From NCBI GenBank assembly GCA_963767925.1, contig CAVYGB010000002.1, forward strand, positions 1,824,001 through 1,888,000: 64,000 nt of DNA, written 5' to 3'. A model generated the notes under the pieces. The model saw only the letters and a program-made list of their open reading frames with translations, was not told the DNA's origin and did no database searches. The translations under genes were made by a program, and so were the position numbers. This document shows, in pieces, positions 38,776 to 49,717 of the stretch (the first letter of the stretch is position 1; each line of letters opens with the position of its first letter). This stretch comes from an uncultured delta proteobacterium. GTDB taxonomy: Bacteria > Myxococcota_A > Polyangia > Fen-1088.

Positions 38776-40167
38776 TCAGCCGAGGCCGGGCAGGGGGCCC
38801 TTGCCGTGGTTGCCGAAGCTGGTGATCGGCAGGCCCATGATCCGCCCGACCGAGGTCAGCAGATCGTTGTGGGCGGTGCCGCCGGGGTACTTGAGGTAGC
38901 GCCCGGTCTCCAGCAGCTTGCCGTCGGGCAGGGTGAAGTCCCCGGTCGCCAGCAGGAAGGGGTACCGCTTGCGGCTGTGAGGGCCGGTGCCGAGGTCGTT
39001 GGCCCAGAACAGCAGGGTGTTGTCGAACAGGGTCTTGCCGTCGCCGGTGGGGTACGACTGGAGCTGCTGGATGATGTACACGACCTGCTCGCAGAACCAG
39101 GTCGCGATCTTGTTGAGTTGCCCGTCGGGACCGGAGCTGCCCTGCTGGTGCGAGATGGCGTGCTGGCCGCCGTTGACCCCCAGCCAGGTGAAGGAGGTCA
39201 GCGAGGCGCGCGTCTGGATCGACCCCACCCGGGTGATGTCGCAGGCGAGCGCCATCGACAGCAGCTCCGAGTGCAGCTTGGTGTGCATCTGGAAGTCGGA
39301 GGTGCCAGCCGCCGGCGCCGGCGGCAGCTTGCAGCTCGCGCTGGCCCCCACCGCGCTGCCCGCCGCGCCGAGGGCCTCCAGCCCCCGCTCGATCTCCCGG
39401 ATGCCGTTCATGTGCCGGTCGAGCCGGGACTTGTCGGTGGCCCCCACCGTGGCGTGCAGGCGCTTGTACTCCTCCATGGCCCGGTCGAGGATGCTCTTCT
39501 TGCGCAGGCGCAGCCGCCCGAAGTCCTCGTTGACGGTGGGGCTGGGGTCGCCCGGGGTCACCGGCGTGGGCACCCCCGGCGAGAACAGCCGCTCGAACAC
39601 CTTGGCCGGATCGTCCTCGGGGAAGATGGCCTCGCGCGGGCCGCTGTGAAACAGGGAGTAGATGAAGTTGGTCTTGAGGAAGACGCTGGCCTCGATCGAC
39701 TTGAGGCGGGTGCCCGTCGAGATGTGGTTGGCCACCGCCTGGTCGATGGAGATGCCGTTGGCCCGCCCGCCGCTGTTGTTCTGCCCGGTGAGGGCGCCCG
39801 CTCGCCCGACCGCGTGGCAGGTGCCGCCGCTGGTCTTGTTGTCCAGGCCGTCGGGCATGATGACGTGCTTCTGGTAGGGCAACATGGGGTTGAGGATCGA
39901 CCCCATCTTGAATTCCTTCTCGCTGCCGGTCGGGAACCAGGCCGAGGGGACCACCCCGTTTTCGATGACGAAGGTGAACAGCCGCTTGGGCTCGGTGCGG
40001 CCCGCCGCCTGGGCGAAGGCCCGGCGGGGGCTCATGGCGTCGAGGAAGGGCAGGGCGATGGCCACCCGGCCCGCCCCGCGCAGCAGGGCCCGCCGCCCGA
40101 GCGGCGCGATGGCCGTCGTCCGGCGCGGCCGGGAGCCAGACCTCGATCCAGACGGGTCGCCGTTCAT
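38776..40167 (-). CDS. DUF1552 family protein (Tat signal)
   Basis: RRALLRGAG..IALPFLDAM; SIDQ, SILD, ALACDITRV. Confidence 0.9.
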   Translation of the reverse strand: MNGDPSGSRSGSRPRRTTAIAPLGRRALLRGAGRVAIALPFLDAMSPRRAFAQAAGRTEPKRLFTFVIENGVVPSAWFPTGSEKEFKMGSILNPMLPYQKHVIMPDGLDNKTSGGTCHAVGRAGALTGQNNSGGRANGISIDQAVANHISTGTRLKSIEASVFLKTNFIYSLFHSGPREAIFPEDDPAKVFERLFSPGVPTPVTPGDPSPTVNEDFGRLRLRKKSILDRAMEEYKRLHATVGATDKSRLDRHMNGIREIERGLEALGAAGSAVGASASCKLPPAPAAGTSDFQMHTKLHSELLSMALACDITRVGSIQTRASLTSFTWLGVNGGQHAISHQQGSSGPDGQLNKIATWFCEQVVYIIQQLQSYPTGDGKTLFDNTLLFWANDLGTGPHSRKRYPFLLATGDFTLPDGKLLETGRYLKYPGGTAHNDLLTSVGRIMGLPITSFGNHGKGPLPGLG

Positions 40168-41903
40168 GGGGCGTCTCCTTTGCTGCGGAACAGGAACGAA
40201 TCGGTCTGGGAGTAGGCCACGAACAGCTCGCGCAGGTCGCCGCCCGAGCGGGCCAGCGCGTCCTGCAGGGTGCTGACGCTGCAGCTATCCCGCTCGGTCT
40301 CCGCCCGGCCGGCCGCGAAGCGGAACCACTGCCGGGCCACGCAGTCGCCGACCATCTTGCTGCCGGCGAGCTTCTTGCCCAGCTCGACAACGCCGCTGAA
40401 CGGCCCGTCGACGTCGCTCATGTCGAGCTGGCCGCTCACGTCGATCGGCTTGCCCCGGTCGGTGGTGCGCCACTTGCCGATGGGGTCGAAGTTCTCGAAC
40501 CCGAAGCCGACCGGATCGATCATCTGGTGGCAGGCGCCACAGACCGGCTTGGCCATGCGGGCGTAGGCCCACTCGCGGGGGGTCGTGTCGTCGGTGAAGG
40601 GCGGGTTCTCGTCCTGGGCGTTGGGGGGCGGGTCGGGCACCGGCTGGCACAGCAGGCTCTCGCGCACGAAGATCCCCCGGAACACCAGGGAGGTGAGGCC
40701 GTCGTCGGGCGTGCCGTGCACGGCGAGGAACCCTGCCTGGGTCAACACGCCGGAGGTGCGGGTGGCGTCGAGCGCGACCTTCTCGTAGGCCTCCCCGGCC
40801 GGTCCGCTGACCCCGTAGTAGCCGGCCAGCGGCTTGTTCAGGAAGGAGAACGGCGCCGTCAGGAAGGTGCTCAGCTTGCCGCCGCCCTCCTTCGACAGGA
40901 CGTACTCCAGGAAGCGATCGGTCTCGACCCGCATCGCCTGGCGCAGCTCGGGCTTCCAGGCGGGCAGGGTGGCCTCGTCCTTGTCGAGCGTGTCCATCTG
41001 GTCGAGGTGCAGGAGCTGCTCGGTAAAATCGGTCACCGTCGCCAGAAAGCGCGGGTCGTCGACCATGCGCCGGGCCTGGGCCATCACCTCGGCCGGTTTC
41101 TGCAGCTTGTTGGCCTCGGCCGCGCTCAGCAGCTCGCCGTCGGGCATCGACCCCCACAGCAGGTACGACAGGCGCGCGGCCACCTCGTAGGAGGTGAGCT
41201 GGGCGAAGGCCGTGCCGGCGATCGGGATGCCCTGCTCGTAGCGGTACAGGAACTGCGGGGAGATCAACATGACGGTCAGGACCGCCTCGATCCCGCTGGC
41301 GAAGCTGGGCGCGCCGCCGGCGGCGCTGGTCTTGCCGTCCTGGAAGGCCGCCGTGAGGTTCTGCCGCTCGCCGGCGGTGAGCGGCCGCCGCCAGGCCCGC
41401 TTGCCGAAGGTGTCGAGCAGCTTGTCGAGGCAGACCTGCTCGCCGTCGGCCGCCGGGTCGCAGGTCAGGACCTGCGGCAGGTCGGCCGCCGCCGCGCCGG
41501 CCAGCTTCTCGGCCGCCTTCATGTAGCCGGCCACCATCACGTCGGAGGCCGAGCGGGCGTCGGCGTCATTGGCGAACCCGCGCGCCGGCCGGCCGTCCTC
41601 GGGGAGATCGCCGCTCACGTCGCGGGGCCCGCCGAACAGGTCGCGCACGGTGTTGAGATATTCGGTGCGGGTCAGCAGCCGCAGCGGCGAGGGCCCCGGG
41701 TCCAGCTTGCACCCGGCCGCGCGCGGTGGCTCCGGGATGGGCGTGGCCGAGGCGGGGTCCGGCGGGTTGCCAGCGGGGCCGCTCCCCGTCGAGCCGGGAC
41801 CCCTGCCGTCGGGGCCGATGGCGCCCGAGCAGGCGCCGCCCAGCAGGGCGACGAGCAGCAGAGCTTTCGAACCGGCGCTGGGAGCTGGGGGGCTGAAGGG
41901 CAT
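40164..41903 (-). CDS. DUF1592/1588/1595/1587/1585 domain lipoprotein
   Basis: RLLTRTEYLNTVRDL, AWRRPL, LSYLLWGSMPD, CGACH, GFGFENFD. Confidence 0.92.
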   Translation of the reverse strand: MPFSPPAPSAGSKALLLVALLGGACSGAIGPDGRGPGSTGSGPAGNPPDPASATPIPEPPRAAGCKLDPGPSPLRLLTRTEYLNTVRDLFGGPRDVSGDLPEDGRPARGFANDADARSASDVMVAGYMKAAEKLAGAAAADLPQVLTCDPAADGEQVCLDKLLDTFGKRAWRRPLTAGERQNLTAAFQDGKTSAAGGAPSFASGIEAVLTVMLISPQFLYRYEQGIPIAGTAFAQLTSYEVAARLSYLLWGSMPDGELLSAAEANKLQKPAEVMAQARRMVDDPRFLATVTDFTEQLLHLDQMDTLDKDEATLPAWKPELRQAMRVETDRFLEYVLSKEGGGKLSTFLTAPFSFLNKPLAGYYGVSGPAGEAYEKVALDATRTSGVLTQAGFLAVHGTPDDGLTSLVFRGIFVRESLLCQPVPDPPPNAQDENPPFTDDTTPREWAYARMAKPVCGACHQMIDPVGFGFENFDPIGKWRTTDRGKPIDVSGQLDMSDVDGPFSGVVELGKKLAGSKMVGDCVARQWFRFAAGRAETERDSCSVSTLQDALARSGGDLRELFVAYSQTDSFLFRSKGDAP

Positions 41904-42059
41904 ACGAACCTCCCGCGAGGGGCCGCGGTCTCTCCAGAGATCGAAGTGACGTCCCCCATGGTTCAGGTGGCGAGTAAGTTTTTGTCACATTGAAAGCGCT
42001 CGCCTCCAGGTAACTGGCTGTATTCACTGAAGCTCTGTCCTATGTCGGTGACAATCCCC

Positions 42060-42330
42060 GACACCGTCCCACGAGAGCGCGCAGCGGGCGGGCATCGGCT
42101 GCAGGTCGGCGTCGGCGAAGTCGCCGAGGGCGCGGGCGATCCGCTCGGGCTGCAGGGGCAGGGCGGCGGCGGCGTGGTCGATGAAGCGGAGGAGCGCTCG
42201 AGCGTGTCCTGCAGCCGATCGGCGTCGAAGGCCTCGCCGCTGAACCAGTCGAGGTCGCTGGACACCCGGTGGCGCAGCCGCAGGGCCAGCCCGGTGCCCC
42301 CCGCCAGGAAGAACGCCCCCCCGCGCACGG
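42060..42330 (-). pseudogene. AbiEii/AbiGii nucleotidyltransferase toxin remnant, internal deletion
   Basis: FLAGGTGLALRLRHRVSSDLDWF joined closely to a C-terminal-like RALGDFADADLQPMP...W. Confidence 0.7.
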
Positions 42331-42454
42331 CGGTCGCCTGCACCTTGATGATCCGGATCTTCACCGCGTCGAGCGCCGCGAAGAGGGGCGGGAGGCGACT
42401 ACCCGCTGGCTGTTTGCCCTCTCCCCGCGGCCGGCTGCGGCCGCCGCCGATCCG

Positions 42455-43036
42455 TCAGCCGGCGGCGGCGTCCAGGTTCGCGACCACCGCGGCCAGCGCG
42501 GGGGCGGGGGTGACGGCGATGCGGATGGAAAACAGCGTCCGCTCGTTGCCGACCCGCGCGAGCTCGACCTTCGCCTGGCCGAACAGCTTGCGGCAGTAGG
42601 CCAGCAGCTCCGGGGCCACGGTGGCGTAGGTGTCGTCGCTGCTGGGGGCCAGCAGGCGGTCGTTGATCCGGAACAGCCACTCGTCGGTGCGAAACTTCAG
42701 GCCGGCCAGGCCCGGATCGGCTTCGAGGAGCTGGGCGGCGCGGGCGACGTGGGAGAAGGCATCGGCCAGGCGGGCCCCCGCCGGCGGCTCGGCGCGCTTG
42801 CGGTTGTAGAGCAGGCCCGGGCGGCCTTCCCCCTCGTCCAGGAAGTAGTCGGCGCCATGGCCGATCAGCACAACGCCGGGACCCTGGGGGACGTGGGCGT
42901 AGTTGGCCACGTCGATCAGCGTGTCGTCCTTCAGGACCGCGTCCTTGATCCAGCGGTGGAACACCGGGATGAACGCCTCGAGGGAGACCGTGCCCTTCTC
43001 GACGAAGAGCTTGAGCTGCAGCTTGTGTGCGTCCAT
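42455..43036 (-). CDS. Hypothetical protein downstream of the reductase
   Basis: Clean ORF, e.g. FIPVFHRWI, LIDVANYAHVPQGPGVVLIGH, INDRL. Confidence 0.8.
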   Translation of the reverse strand: MDAHKLQLKLFVEKGTVSLEAFIPVFHRWIKDAVLKDDTLIDVANYAHVPQGPGVVLIGHGADYFLDEGEGRPGLLYNRKRAEPPAGARLADAFSHVARAAQLLEADPGLAGLKFRTDEWLFRINDRLLAPSSDDTYATVAPELLAYCRKLFGQAKVELARVGNERTLFSIRIAVTPAPALAAVVANLDAAAG

Positions 43037-43073
43037 GGCTTGCTGGTCCTGACCTTCCGTCGCCCGTTGCCGC

Positions 43074-45354
43074 TCAGGCCGGGATGAGCGGCGCCGGCGC
43101 CTCCGCCCCCAGCCCCGCCCCCAGGCGGGTGTAGCACTGGTGGGCGGCGTCCACGAAGAGCTGGGCCTCCTCGATGATCTGGTGGGCCGCCTCCTTGCTG
43201 GCGGCGCTGGCCCGGTCGTCGTGGATGCGGAAGAAGTACTGCGCGAACTTGCCGCCCGCGTAGGGGTCGAAGAACAGCTTGGTGTCGTAGAAGAAGCGGC
43301 GGAACTCCCCCACCACCTCGTCGGGCTCGTTGCCCAGGTTGGGGTTGCGCTCGCGGGCCAGGGCCCGCGCCGCCTGCAACATGGCGCTGTAGGCCCGGGC
43401 CGCGGCGGGGGCCAGCTTGCCCTCGTCCAGCAGGAGCTGGGCCTCGAAGATCTCCCGCTCGGCGGCGGCCAGCCCCATCTCGACGTAGGGGACCACCTCG
43501 CCCGCGCACTCGCCGACCCCCATGTCGTTGATGGTGTATTCGCGGGGATCGCCCCAGTCGCTGTAGAAGCTGCGGTCCTGATCGTAGGCCGGCAGGGCCT
43601 GCAGCTCCTCGACCATCGCCCGGATTGTCTTCTTGCCGATGCGGTCGACGAAGGTCTGGAAGTTCTCGCCCTCGTTGCGCTCGCGCGCGTACCGCTCGGT
43701 GATCCGCCGGGTAAACTCGGGCACCCGCTTGGATGGGATGGCCCCGATCGCCAGGCCGTACGAGGCGCCGTTGCGCGTCCACTCGCCTCCGATGACGAGC
43801 TGGAAGTGGGGCACCCGCCGGCCGCTGACGTTGCGGCTGACGCCGAGGAACCCGATGTCGGCCACGTGGTGCTGCCCGCAGGAGTTGAAGCACCCGCTGG
43901 TCTTGATGTGCAGCCCGCGGGCCTGCGGGTTCTGGTCGATGCCGCTGGTCTGTCAGCTCGCGCCGCAGCTCCGCCGCCAGCGCCCGCGACGAGGAGATCC
44001 CCAGCTTGCAGGTGTCGGTGCCCGGGCAGGCCGTGATGTCCGAGATGGTGCCCGCCCCCGGCAAAGCGAGCTGGGCCGCCGCCAGCTCGCGGTAGACCGC
44101 CGGCAGGTCGGCCTCGCTCACCCAGCGCAGCAGCATGTTCTGGTCGACGGTGGTGCGCAGGCTGTCGCCGGTGTACTTGCGGGCGATGTCGGACAGGGCC
44201 CGGGCCTGGTCGGCCGTCAGGTCGCCGAGGGGCAAGGTGAGGATGGCCACCGCGTAGCCGGGCTGGCTCTGGGCCAGCACGTTGCTGGCCCGCCAGGCCT
44301 CGAACCCGTCGGGGTAGGGGCCGGCGGGCAGGGTCCCCGGCGGGCGCAGCGGCGTCTCGTCGGTGACGTGCAGGTCGGCCAGGAAGGCGGTCCAGCGCGG
44401 GTCGGTCCGCAGCAGCTTGCGCTCCTCCAGGACCAGCCGCTTGAACTCGGGGAAGCCGAGCTTCTTGACCAGGAACTTGACCCGCGCGCGCTGGCGGTTC
44501 GCCTTCTCCCCCAGCCGTCCGAACACCCGCGCCACCGCCTGGGTCATCGGCAGCAGCTCCTCCTCGGGCAGGAACTCGTCGAAGAGCTGGGCGGCGTAGG
44601 GGACGGCGCCGAGCCCGCCCCCGACGTAATAGCCGAAGCCCCGCTTCGGCTGCCCGTCCACCATGCGGGTCTGGGCGATGCAGCCCACGTCGTGGAAGTT
44701 GGTCAGCCCGCAGGCCTCACCGTGGCAGCCGGAGAAGGCCACCTTGAACTTGCGCCCGAAGTCCTGGGTGTCGTCGTGCCCCAGCAGGAAGTAGGTGATC
44801 GCGTTCGCGTAGGGCGTGACGTCGAAGGACTCGGTCTTGCACACGCCGGCCAGGGGGCAGGCGGTGACGTTGCGGACGGTGTTGCCGCAGGCCTCGCGGG
44901 TGGTGATCCCCACCGCGGCCAGGCGGCGCATGAGGTCCGGCGTGTCCTCGATGTGGATGAAGTGGAGCTGGAAATCCTGGCGGGTCGTCACGTGCAGGAT
45001 GCCGTCCGAGTACTCCTCGCAGATCTCGGCCAGGACATCGAGCTGCTCGGCGGTGAGTCGGCCCATGGGGATCTTGATCCGCTGCATGCCGGGGGCGTCC
45101 CACATCGTGCTGGGGCCCTTCGTGATCTCGCCCGAGGGGAACACGACGTTCTGGGTGCGCTCGCCGTCGTGGCGCTGCCCGTTGTCGTACCGCTGGCCGT
45201 AGACGCCGCGGCGCAGGCGCGTCTCCGCGAAGAGCTTCTCTTCTATCTTTCCAAGCTTGCGCAGCTCAATCTGCGTCTCGAAAATGTCGATCTCGCGGGC
45301 CAGCGCCTCGGGCATGGTGTCCCCGAGCTTCGCGGTCCAGCTGGCCTTGGCCAT
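43074..45354 (-). CDS. Siroheme nitrite/sulfite reductase with C-terminal HEPN-like domain; one frameshift
   Basis: GVYGQR, TTRQ, CGNTVRN, RKFK, ACPGTDTC, then (after a shift near 43950) SGCFNSCGQH. Confidence 0.88.
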
Positions 45355-45630
45355 GGCGTTTCCTTCCATGAAACTGTGGGCGAGTTTTTGCAGCTACCGG
45401 TGTCCGTGGCAAGTCGTACCCACCTCTCGGGGGCGGGCGCCGTGCGTCGCGACGGCCGGACGAGCCGAGTCATGGGCATTTTTCCAACCGTCTCGGTCAG
45501 GTGGGCCGTTTGACGCCGAAACCAGTATGCTGTGCCGCCAGGCCTCCCCACTCCCCCTGGAGGATCTCTCTCTGACCTCCCGCGGAGGGTTCCGCCAGCC
45601 CTTCCCGCGGACCTTACCAACGATGCCAAG

Positions 45631-47706
45631 ATGCGGCTGACAAGACCTGCGCTCCTCACTTTCTTCCTGATCACCGGCTCCTGCCTGACCCAGCGGCAGA
45701 CGGGGCAAGATCCGTTTCGCCCCTCGCCCGCCGCGCCTCCGGGCACCGCGCCGGCGCCCGGCCCGCCCGGGCAACCGACCGCGGGCCCGGCCGCCCCCGT
45801 CGACGTCCTGACCCCGGCCGAGAGGGCGCTCGTCATCGAGAACGGGCAGGAGAAGTGGATCGACGCCGCCCAGGCCGAGGCCGCGGGCTACACCCTGATC
45901 GATCTCTCGGACAACTGGACGCCGTTCATCTTCGCCCCCCAGCTCTCGAGCACCGGGCGGCTGCTCAACAACCGCTACCGCGGCGTGTTCATCGGGCTGG
46001 CCAACGACCTCCTCGACGAGGACGGGCAGCCGATCGTCCCCGGGCAGAAGAACTACCTCGAGCTGTACGGCATCTTCCCCTCGTTCTCCGTCATCCGCGA
46101 CCGGGTGCTGGCCGACGCCGGCCGGAGCTGCCTGGACGACAACGCCCGCCTCGCCCTCGAGGGGGTCGAGTGGGTCTCGTACATCGCGCCGACCGCCCTG
46201 CGCCGCGAAGAGGCCCGGGTGGCCCGCCTGCGCAAGGAGCTCGAGCAGGCCCGCCGCCAGTACCGGGTCCGCACCCTCGACCTCCTGGTCGAGCGGGTGC
46301 CCACCCTGGCCCCCAAGCTCAAGCTCGTGCGCAAGCGCGCCGCCGACAAGGTGGCGCTGGCCGCGGTGGAGAAGCGGCTCGCCTGCGAGGGCTTCCTCAA
46401 GCCGGGCTCCAAGCACAAGCCGGGCCTGTACGACGAGCCCCTGCGCGAGGCGGTCCGCCTGTTCCAGCTCAAGCACATGATCTACGAGGCGAACTACCTG
46501 CGCCGCATGACCCTCGACACCATGGAGCGGGACCTCCCCATCAACAACCAGCGCTCGGCCCTGCGGACCCTGCGCGAACGGGTGGTGGCCGCCGCCGCCA
46601 TCCTCGAGGACGGCACCGTGCCCGAGGCCGTGCTGGGTCCGTCGGCCAACCTGGCCGAGGATTACACCGCCATCGCCGCCCGGGCCCTCGGGATCGACAC
46701 GCCCGAGGGGGCGGAGGCCTTCTTCCAGCGCCGCCAGCCGGGCGACTTCAAGCACCTGCGCGCGGCGGTCAAGCTGCCGCCGCGACCGGCCTACTACCGC
46801 CCGGACATGGACCTCTCGATCGTGATCGATCGGGGCGACGTCTGGTACGACCTGCCCTGGGACGAGACCGGCGAGCGGCAGCCCCAGCCGCGCAAGAAGT
46901 TCCCCACCTTCACCCTGTTCGTGAACCACGAGGGGCAGAAGCTGCCCCTGGTCCGCTGGCGCACCACCGTCGGGGGCTGGCGGGCCGAGCAGGCCCCCGA
47001 CGGCTACGAATACTTCCGTTACAAGGGCTCGGACGTGGGCGAGCGGGTCATCAAGATGGTGGCCGCTGGCCCGGTCTGGGTGGCGCCCGCCTCGACCCCC
47101 ATCCGCGCGCTGGTCAAGCCCAAGTCGATCGGGGGCAAGCGCCGCCTGGTGGTCAACTACGACGAGCTGGGGCCCGGCTTCCTCTCGGCCTACGGCCTGG
47201 TGGCCGGCTATTTCGTCATCCCCGGCGTCGACGGCAAGCGCGACTTCGACAACGGCATCCGGGCCCACGGCTCGGCCGAATACCTCTCGATGTACAGCCC
47301 GGTCGGCTATTCGCACGGCTGCCACCGGCTGCCCAACCACCTCGCGATCCGGATGTATTCGTACGTCCTGCGCCACCGGAAGATGCGCCCGATCGGGGAC
47401 ATGTCCCTCAACAAGGAGCGGCAGTTCCTGCACCGGGACGAGGTGTTCGAGATCCGTTTGCCTTCCAAGGGGTTCGGCTACGTCCTCGACCCGCCCCTGC
47501 CGGTAGAGGTGCTGGAGGGCGACATCAAGGGTGACCTCAAAGAGCCGGTGCTGGGGTATGTTCCCAAGCCGGGGACGATCTACCCGGGGCCCCCCCCGCC
47601 CCTGCCGGGTGAATCGCCCGAGGAGCGCGCGGGCGGCGGCGGTGGTGGACCCCCAGCCGATCCCAAGACGGCCCCCCCCGAAGAGCAACCGGAGGCCAAG
47701 CTGTGA
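45631..47706 (+). CDS. L,D-transpeptidase-like lipoprotein with peptidoglycan-binding-like region
   Basis: GIRAHGS...SHGCHRL; GLYDEPLREAVRLFQ; lipobox ITGSC. Confidence 0.85.
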   Translation: MRLTRPALLTFFLITGSCLTQRQTGQDPFRPSPAAPPGTAPAPGPPGQPTAGPAAPVDVLTPAERALVIENGQEKWIDAAQAEAAGYTLIDLSDNWTPFIFAPQLSSTGRLLNNRYRGVFIGLANDLLDEDGQPIVPGQKNYLELYGIFPSFSVIRDRVLADAGRSCLDDNARLALEGVEWVSYIAPTALRREEARVARLRKELEQARRQYRVRTLDLLVERVPTLAPKLKLVRKRAADKVALAAVEKRLACEGFLKPGSKHKPGLYDEPLREAVRLFQLKHMIYEANYLRRMTLDTMERDLPINNQRSALRTLRERVVAAAAILEDGTVPEAVLGPSANLAEDYTAIAARALGIDTPEGAEAFFQRRQPGDFKHLRAAVKLPPRPAYYRPDMDLSIVIDRGDVWYDLPWDETGERQPQPRKKFPTFTLFVNHEGQKLPLVRWRTTVGGWRAEQAPDGYEYFRYKGSDVGERVIKMVAAGPVWVAPASTPIRALVKPKSIGGKRRLVVNYDELGPGFLSAYGLVAGYFVIPGVDGKRDFDNGIRAHGSAEYLSMYSPVGYSHGCHRLPNHLAIRMYSYVLRHRKMRPIGDMSLNKERQFLHRDEVFEIRLPSKGFGYVLDPPLPVEVLEGDIKGDLKEPVLGYVPKPGTIYPGPPPPLPGESPEERAGGGGGGPPADPKTAPPEEQPEAKL

Positions 47707-48683
47707 GCAGCCCGGAAGAGCCGGACGACAAACCGGAAGACACCCCGGGCAGGCCGCAAGCCAGCCCGCACGACCGGCCGCAAGGCTGGCACCCGGAAGG
47801 AACGCCCGCGGCGCCGGCCCGCCCGACCCACCCCTCCGGCTGGCCGCCCGTGCGGCGTAGCCCGTTCGGCCAGCGGGTGCTGCTGTTCTCGATCGCCCTC
47901 GGCCTGGGGGGCTTCTTCGGCTTCTCCGCCCTGCGCCGGGTCCACCCCAGCTCGTCGAAGGACGCCGAGCCGCTGTGGGCCCCCGGCACCGCCCTGGCCG
48001 CCCAGGCCCCGGCGCCGCCCGCGCCCGTCCCCTCCGGCGCCGTGCCCGACGGCGGCGCTGGCGACGCCCCCGACATGGTGAAGATCACCTTCCAGACCGT
48101 CCCCCCGGTCAAGGCCGAGGTGTTCTGGGGCCGCAAGCGCCTCGGCATCATCAACGGCGCCCGGCGCCCGCCCATCAAGCCGCTCATCGTCGAGCGCCTG
48201 CGCGACAGCGGCCCTATCGACGTGATGGTCACCTCCGAGGGCTTCCTGCCGGTCCACACCCGCGCCTATACGTTCACCGACACGAAGGTCAACGTGAAGC
48301 TGACCTTGCTGACCGAGAAGCACCTGCTCCTCGGCTTCAAGCAGGCCCTCCCCGACGCTGGCGCCGACGGCGCCGTCGACGACGGCGGCAACCCCCTCCC
48401 GCCCCCGCCCGGCCCCCTCCCACCCCCCGCCGTCTACGGCCCCGCCCCCCAGCCCGCCCCCGCCCCCCAGCCCGCTCCCCGCCCCCCAGCCCGCCCCCCC
48501 CACCCAGCCCGCCCCAGCGCCAGCGCCGTAGCGCACGGGCCACCGGGCGCCGTGGGCGCGTCTGCGCGCCGGGTGAGGGGCGCTCGACCCGGCAACCACC
48601 GGTCACCCTCCACTCGGCTCCATTGCGGCGCCACCGGTCGTTTTCGACAGTCGGCGACGGTCGGTCCAGCGCCGCCGGGCTGA
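47703..48683 (+). CDS. Single-pass membrane protein with PEGA-like beta domain, Pro-rich tail
   Basis: GTGA overlap; TM; ITFQTVPPVKAEVFWG...EGFLPV. The true stop may be earlier (near 48530) given the C homopolymers. Confidence 0.6.
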   Translation: MSSPEEPDDKPEDTPGRPQASPHDRPQGWHPEGTPAAPARPTHPSGWPPVRRSPFGQRVLLFSIALGLGGFFGFSALRRVHPSSSKDAEPLWAPGTALAAQAPAPPAPVPSGAVPDGGAGDAPDMVKITFQTVPPVKAEVFWGRKRLGIINGARRPPIKPLIVERLRDSGPIDVMVTSEGFLPVHTRAYTFTDTKVNVKLTLLTEKHLLLGFKQALPDAGADGAVDDGGNPLPPPPGPLPPPAVYGPAPQPAPAPQPAPRPPARPPHPARPSASAVAHGPPGAVGASARRVRGARPGNHRSPSTRLHCGATGRFRQSATVGPAPPG

Positions 48684-48745
48684 GGCCCGGGGCGAGACAC
48701 CGCCCCATTCGCGCCCTCTTCGCGCATCTCGCGGGCGCTCCGGAA

Positions 48746-48761
48746 CGGCACCAAGCTTGCT
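48746..48761 (+). promoter_or_regulatory. Sigma-54 promoter
   Basis: CGGCACCAAGCTTGCT matches TGGCAC-N5-TTGCW. Confidence 0.7.
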
Positions 48762-48822
48762 GTCCATCCGGCTCGACCGGATCGAACGATCCGCGCCGCT
48801 ACCCAGCCACCAAGGAGCGCCC

Positions 48823-49224
48823 ATGCACGTCACCGGCTCGACCGCCGCCCAGCCCACCTTCGCGATCGACGACAGCTTCCCGACCTCCGGCCCGGACTTC
48901 AAAGACCCCGGCCCGCCCGCCGCCGTCGACGGCTTCGACCCCGTCGCCGAGAACGACAACGCCGCCCTGTTCGACGCCAAGAAGCCCGGCGGCCGGGGCA
49001 ACACCATGCAGATCACCGTCGACTGCCCCGACGGCACCACCCCCACCGCCCAGGCCACCCCCAACAACGGCATGACCATCCTCTGCGTGGACAAGCCCAA
49101 GCCGGAAGACAGCGCCCCCGGCGAGCCCCCCAGCACGAAACCCCCCCAGGGCCCCAGCACGCCGCCCCCCCAGAATCCCAACCCCCCCACCGTCGGCCCC
49201 AGCGGCGCCCCCATCCTCGACTGA
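48823..49224 (+). CDS. Hypothetical Pro-rich protein with 2-Cys mini-domain
   Basis: AAGGAG RBS; CPDGTTP...TILC. Confidence 0.7.
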   Translation: MHVTGSTAAQPTFAIDDSFPTSGPDFKDPGPPAAVDGFDPVAENDNAALFDAKKPGGRGNTMQITVDCPDGTTPTAQATPNNGMTILCVDKPKPEDSAPGEPPSTKPPQGPSTPPPQNPNPPTVGPSGAPILD

Positions 49225-49245
49225 CCCCCTCACCCGGAGCCCACC

Positions 49246-49620
49246 ATGCAGATGCCGCCCTCCCCGCCGCCCCCCGACACCCGGCGCCAACCCGCGCCGT
49301 TCTCATCCTCCCGCAGCGTCTTTTCTCGCTCGGTCCGCCGCCTCCTCACCCACTCGATCCTCACCACCTTCGCCGTGACCACCCTCGCCACCGCCGCCTG
49401 CCGCAAGAAGCCCGCCGCCGAGCCGCCCCCCGGCGGCCCCCGCACCCCCACCGTCACCTTCGCCGGAAGCGAAGGCCGCCCTCCCCGTGTCGAAGACGTC
49501 CCCATCCCCGGCATCGACCCTCGCGTCGCCGTGAGCAAGAAGATCACCTGCCCCTCCGGCGCCGCCCCCCGCATCACTCACAAAGACGAGCAAACCATCA
49601 CCCTCGAATGCCCCCAATGA
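49246..49620 (+). CDS. Small lipoprotein with related 2-Cys mini-domain
   Basis: GGAG RBS; lipobox ATAAC; CPSGAAP...TLEC. Confidence 0.65.
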   Translation: MQMPPSPPPPDTRRQPAPFSSSRSVFSRSVRRLLTHSILTTFAVTTLATAACRKKPAAEPPPGGPRTPTVTFAGSEGRPPRVEDVPIPGIDPRVAVSKKITCPSGAAPRITHKDEQTITLECPQ

Positions 49621-49717
49621 CCCGCCCCGGGCCGCCGCGCGGCCTCGGACGGCGGGCGGCGGCGGCGGGGCGGAGTGTCGGGCAGGGGCGGGGCGCCAGG
49701 GGCGTTACAATGCGGGC

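Noticed and set aside
45394..47688. Long antisense ORFs (also 53110-56040, 62007-63707, 8991-10520, 635-1675 and others)
   Set aside because: Shadow frames of well-supported genes, expected at this GC content.
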